Below, piece by piece: positions 58,599-64,000 of a stretch of 64,000 nucleotides of DNA; the first letter of the stretch is position 1; every line of letters begins with the position of its first letter. The translations under genes and the position numbers were made by a program. The notes beneath the pieces are model-generated. The model was not told where the DNA came from. It saw nothing but the letters and a program-made list of their open reading frames with translations, and did no database searches. Source of the DNA: the human T2T-CHM13v2.0 reference genome, Homo sapiens; NCBI RefSeq assembly GCF_009914755.1, contig NC_060939.1, one strand, 5' to 3'.

Positions 58599-60011
58599 GA
58601 ACGCCTTCATTGTTTTAAACCCCTGAAGTGACAGGGTTCCTCCTTGCCTGCCTTCTTCCTCCTGCCCATTGCCTTGTTAATATGCTGTCACAGCCCCCAT
58701 GGGGAGTCATAAAAAGGCCTCTTGCCACACTCTTTCATAAAAGATGATGCTACATGCTGCTAAAATGTGCCATTAAAAAAAAAAACTCACTGACAGGTAC
58801 ATTTATGCCTTAAGCAAAGAAACTTTAATATCAGACTATCTTTTATCCAGGGACAGAATCGCTTCTCTCTCCTTTCAGTACAGTATCCCTCTGTTGGTGG
58901 GGTAAAGGACATCTCTTCCAGGTTTTTGTCAACTGAATGTAGTATTTGGAGTTGGCAGATGTAACAAAAAGATGGAAGTTATCCTTAGGAAGGGAAAAAA
59001 AGATTATTCACCTTGACTGATGTATGGCAGTTTGACTTGATGGGAAGAATTTGGCCTGTTTCTCCATTGTTTGTTTGTGGTTTTTAACTCACATCTTTAA
59101 ATGTGTTGTAGTTCCCCTCCTGTGGATTAGTTATGGAATCATTAAAGGTCATTGCCACATATGGGATTTGTGTGGGCTCACTCTGTATTGGGGAAGAGAA
59201 CCCGTGTGGAACTGTAGTTCTTTCTCCTTGAAACTTTGTTAGCAAGAATCAATGTGGAAATGCAAAAAGAAAATAAAAAAGAAGTGAGACCCACTAACAA
59301 GGTTGTAAAATTCCTGAACTAGGACAAACTAGGAGGGTAATCCTTCCCTGGAATATTTGTTTACCTCTTCTAGAAAGCTCATACTGATTCAGTTGCCTAG
59401 GAGATTTTTAGGATTATTAACCTTGTAGTCTCTGTTCAAGACTTCAGGGCAAAAAAAAAAAAAAAAAACTACAGGGCTAAACTTTAAAATGAAAATGAGT
59501 TTGTTATATAATAAGGGCTTTACCAAGTTTGATAGTTTTATTAGGGGTGGCTAAAACATTTTAGAGCATAATTTCTGAATTTCACAGGCAGTTCAGTGCT
59601 TATCTCTTCTAAAGAATGGCTTAAGGAGAAAGTCCCACTCTCATTTTTTACTAAGTAATTATTCCATTTATATTCTTGTGTCATTTGAGTTCACAACATA
59701 AATCTGTAGTTGGGAAGTAAACAGTCATATCTGCAAAAGTGAATTTTAAGTGGGTCCTTCTTGAGTCAAAAAATAAGTCAACATACATTCTCCGCTAGCC
59801 TTGCAATTTGCAGTATTTAGGATGATGCATCTACATTAAAAAGGCACCAAGCCAGTCCTGTAATATTCTTATTTTCACTGAGTATGCTGTACAAATACAT
59901 GTTCTGGTTTGGGATTCTATGTGGTGGGTTATTATAAACTTTATTAAGGTTGATGGTGAATAATCTGACAGACTTTTCTATAGGAGTCAGACTGAAAGCC
60001 TGCCCCCCACC

Positions 60012-60133
60012 CTTTTTTAGAGGCAGAGTCTTGCTAGGTTGCCCAGGCTTGCCTTGAATTCCTGGGTTCAAGCGATCCTCCCTCCTCAGCCTCCTGAGTA
60101 GCTAGGACTACAGGTGCACCACCACACCCATCT
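60012..60133 (-). mobile_element. Alu monomer
   Basis: Single reverse arm with TSD ctgaaagcc. Confidence 0.85.
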
Positions 60134-60401
60134 GAAAGCCCCATCTTTAGCATATGCATAGCATACGCATTTTGCTCTTTTCACTTGGATCTTCATTCTT
60201 TCTGCCTGTTTGCCACCCCTCTAACCAGTCTCCTGAGTCTGAGGCATAGAACAGTCTGGCTCAATGTGCTTGGTTAATTGGTGCGTCATCTAGTCCTCGG
60301 AGACCCCTCTTCATCATGACCAGTGTTTTATTGAAGTGGTTTGAATGATGTGCTGAATGATGAAAGCAAGGACCATGGCTTAGAAAAATGTCTCAACATA
60401 G

Positions 60402-60849
<448 letters not shown>

Positions 60850-61619
60850 TTAAAAATAAACCCATGGAATAATAAATACGCTGTTCTCTGTACATGTAAT
60901 ATCATTTTTCTTCATCTCCCCAAGATACAGTTTAAATAACCATCCTTCATGATACCAACTCTGATATCTCCAGCTGAAGGTAATATCTTCTTCTTCTGAC
61001 CTTCACCTGCATCTTCCTTGTGGCATGTAAATTGTCCACTTTGTATTACAGTAATTTATAGGCATGTCATAGTTCCTTATGACAGGATTCAAATATGATT
61101 CTCTCATAATCTTCTATGCTGTTTAGTACAATTCCATTGCCCTAGTGGGCACTCAGTAAATCTTTTTGACTCAAATTTTTCCTACTTTTGTAATGGTTTT
61201 TTTAAAGCAGTTTCAGAAAATAAAGATCAGAGTTTAAAGTGTGATGGAGTCTTTAATATAAATGCCCGTAAGTGTTTGGAGAATAGATCACAGTGTTGTG
61301 CTTGTGAAGAAGAGCTTTCAGTTTACCAAGGTATCAGATCCAGATTTGAATTCCACTTCAGCCAGCCTAAGCTATAGAACCTTCGGTAAATTACTTAACT
61401 TCTCTGAGCCTCAGTTTCCTCCTCTTTAGATGGGAGATCTATTTCAGAGCTTTTGGACAAAGTTCACAAGGGAAAAAAGCCATTATCCCCTCTCTTTAAA
61501 AGGAATTACCGTTTGAAATGTTTACATTTGAATCAGACTGCTAATTTGGTTAAAGATGGTGCAAGCTTTAGCTTACAGTTTCACCTCAACCTCCACTAAA
61601 AATAGCCATAACGTGATTT

Positions 61620-61657
61620 ACACACGCACACACAGGCGTGCACGCACACACACACAC
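61620..61657. repeat. Interrupted (CA)n/(CG) microsatellite
   Basis: acacacgcacacacaggcgtgcacgcacacacacacaca. Confidence 0.9.
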
Positions 61658-62601
61658 AAAAGGATAATACCATAAAGAGAAAGGGAAAAGAGACAACAGC
61701 ACTCAAGTTTTGAATATGAGACAACAGTAAACAACTGAGCAGGGCTGAGAATACAAGCAAGCAGGCAATCTGATATATTGTAAACACCCAAAGGGTCAGG
61801 AATTGGTGGGACGAGATATGTGGAGCCAGGAGTCAAGGTGGGACCAAGAGAGGAGAATTGCTTTAAAGTCAGTTTGACAATTATGATAAGACTAGTTAAT
61901 CTTTCATTTATTACAAACTAATATGAATTGCTCATGAAAACCCAATAGAAAACAATTGTTAATGTACTGGAGTAAACACCATGGGTGGACACTCAATCTA
62001 ACAAAACTGAGTGGAGCGTTTTCTGGAGCAAATAAAATAAGTGATACCTGGCACCATAGAAGTCTGGGTCCCATTACTACGTTCAGAGGCATTAAGTGAA
62101 GGTTTAGATTCTGAATGTTGAGACCTCCCACCCTGTTCCTAGGACACTCGTGATTACTTTACACTCAAAGATTACTTTTCAGGCAGGAGATAGCAGAGAC
62201 TTTCTCTAGGGAAATCTGACTAGGAAGACTTAAAGATCCAGACGTTTGGAGTTCCCCCAAGGAAACAGCCTAGCTAAATCATGCTCCCAGGAGAGCCCTT
62301 AGTCTACAAGCCCCATCCATGAGCACAGTTTCCAGTGAGATTTTCAGTGCCTTACTCTTACAGAGACATTTGAGAAAGGCCTTTAGGGTCAGAACAGAGG
62401 CCTACAACAACTAAAAAGAAAAGCAATTTGGATGGCCAGAAAACTGTGCAGAGGGTAAAAAGTTCAAATAAACTACCAGTTGTATCCTCAGAGGACTAAA
62501 GAGAAAATAGTGCACTCAGAATATAAGAACAGGCTGCTGTAACAAAAGGAACTTTCAGAGAACAGCAAGAAATAGGAGAGAAATGAAAAAAGAACCAAGT
62601 C

Positions 62602-62891
62602 GGCCAGGTGCAGTGGCTCAAGCCTGTAATCCCAACACTTTAGGAGGCCGAGGCAGGCGGATCACGAGGTCAGGAGATCAAGACCATCCTGGTTAACATG
62701 GTGAAACTCCATCTCTACTAAAAATACAAAAAATTAGCTGGGTGTGGTGGCAGGTGTCTGTAGTCCCAGCTACTCAGGAGGCTGAGGCAGGAGAATGGTG
62801 TGAATCTGGGAGGCAGAGCTTGCAGTGAGCTGAGATCATGCCATTGCACTCCGCCTGGGCGACAGAGCAGGCTGTCTCAAAAAAAAAAAAA
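62602..62891 (+). mobile_element. AluY/Sc-like
   Basis: Diagnostic ggatcacgaggtcaggagatcaagaccatcctgg. TSD aaagaaccaagtc. Confidence 0.95.
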
Positions 62892-63324
62892 GAACCAAGT
62901 CATGAAGTTCATGACAACTTCTCATTAAAGAACCAAGTCAAGAAGTAACATGAAAAATAGAAGTTCCAGGAAGAAAGAACAGAGAAAACAAAGGGGAAGA
63001 AATCATCAAAGAAAAATTTTAAATTTTAATGTTATAACATGGGAAAAATATATGTTTGTACAAGATTGCCCTTCTCTTAGTATTCCTATAGAAAAAAAAT
63101 CATTTTTTTTCCCCAAATGACATATGGCAGTGTTTTTTCTCAGAAAAAGTGAGTTTTTGTTGAGGATTAGTAATAGAAATTTTCCCAAGGAAAATTTACT
63201 ATAAAAAATACAAATAATTGGATATAACTACCTTTTGTCTCATTGGAATGTACAAGCTTAACACATCTAATTTTTACATACACATATTGTTTAATGGATG
63301 CCAGATAAGACTCATTAGATATCA

Positions 63325-63780
<456 letters not shown>

Positions 63781-64000
63781 TCATTTTGTCATTTTCTTTC
63801 CAATATCATTTTTAGATTCAAGGGCTGTTATCCTAATTTTTGAACTGTTAAAGAGCTTAGACTGGATTAACCAGAATTCAGTTCACATATTGGCACCAAC
63901 ACTTATAATCAGTGTGATCTTAGCCAGTTCAGTTTGTCACTCCAAGTGTCAGTTTCTTATGTATAAGTTGAAGGTAACATTAGAATTCATTCATTCCTTA

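Overview
This is primate genomic DNA (human or great ape) lying entirely inside MAP2K5 (MEK5), transcribed on the + strand. Five short coding exons (8537-8598, 14581-14629, 42452-42525, 43491-43541, 53309-53380) have canonical AG/GT ends and join in frame to give (G)GSLDVYRKMPEHVLGRIAVA-VVKGLTYLWSLKILHR-D-VKPSNMLVNTRGQVKLCDFGVSTQ-LVNSIAKTYVGTNAYMA-PERISGEQYGIHSDVWSLGISFME, the catalytic core of the kinase. These are probably exons 12-16 of the canonical transcript (numbering from memory). The rest is intron: about 27 Alus or Alu monomers, two young L1PA insertions, old L1M, L2 and MIR relics, an MST LTR and hAT MITEs. Nearly every ORF in the supplied track is Alu/L1-derived or random. I see no new protein-coding system. 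Three things deserve follow-up. (1) An inverted pair of L1PA copies brackets exons 14-15 and shares five non-consensus bases despite differing at subfamily-diagnostic sites, suggesting gene conversion and possible long-range RNA pairing. (2) There is a series of local templated-duplication and fold-back scars. (3) Several repeat-free blocks are rich in TALE (MEIS/PBX), HOX and SOX motifs and are candidate enhancers. Repeat subfamily calls and old-repeat boundaries are by eye and approximate.
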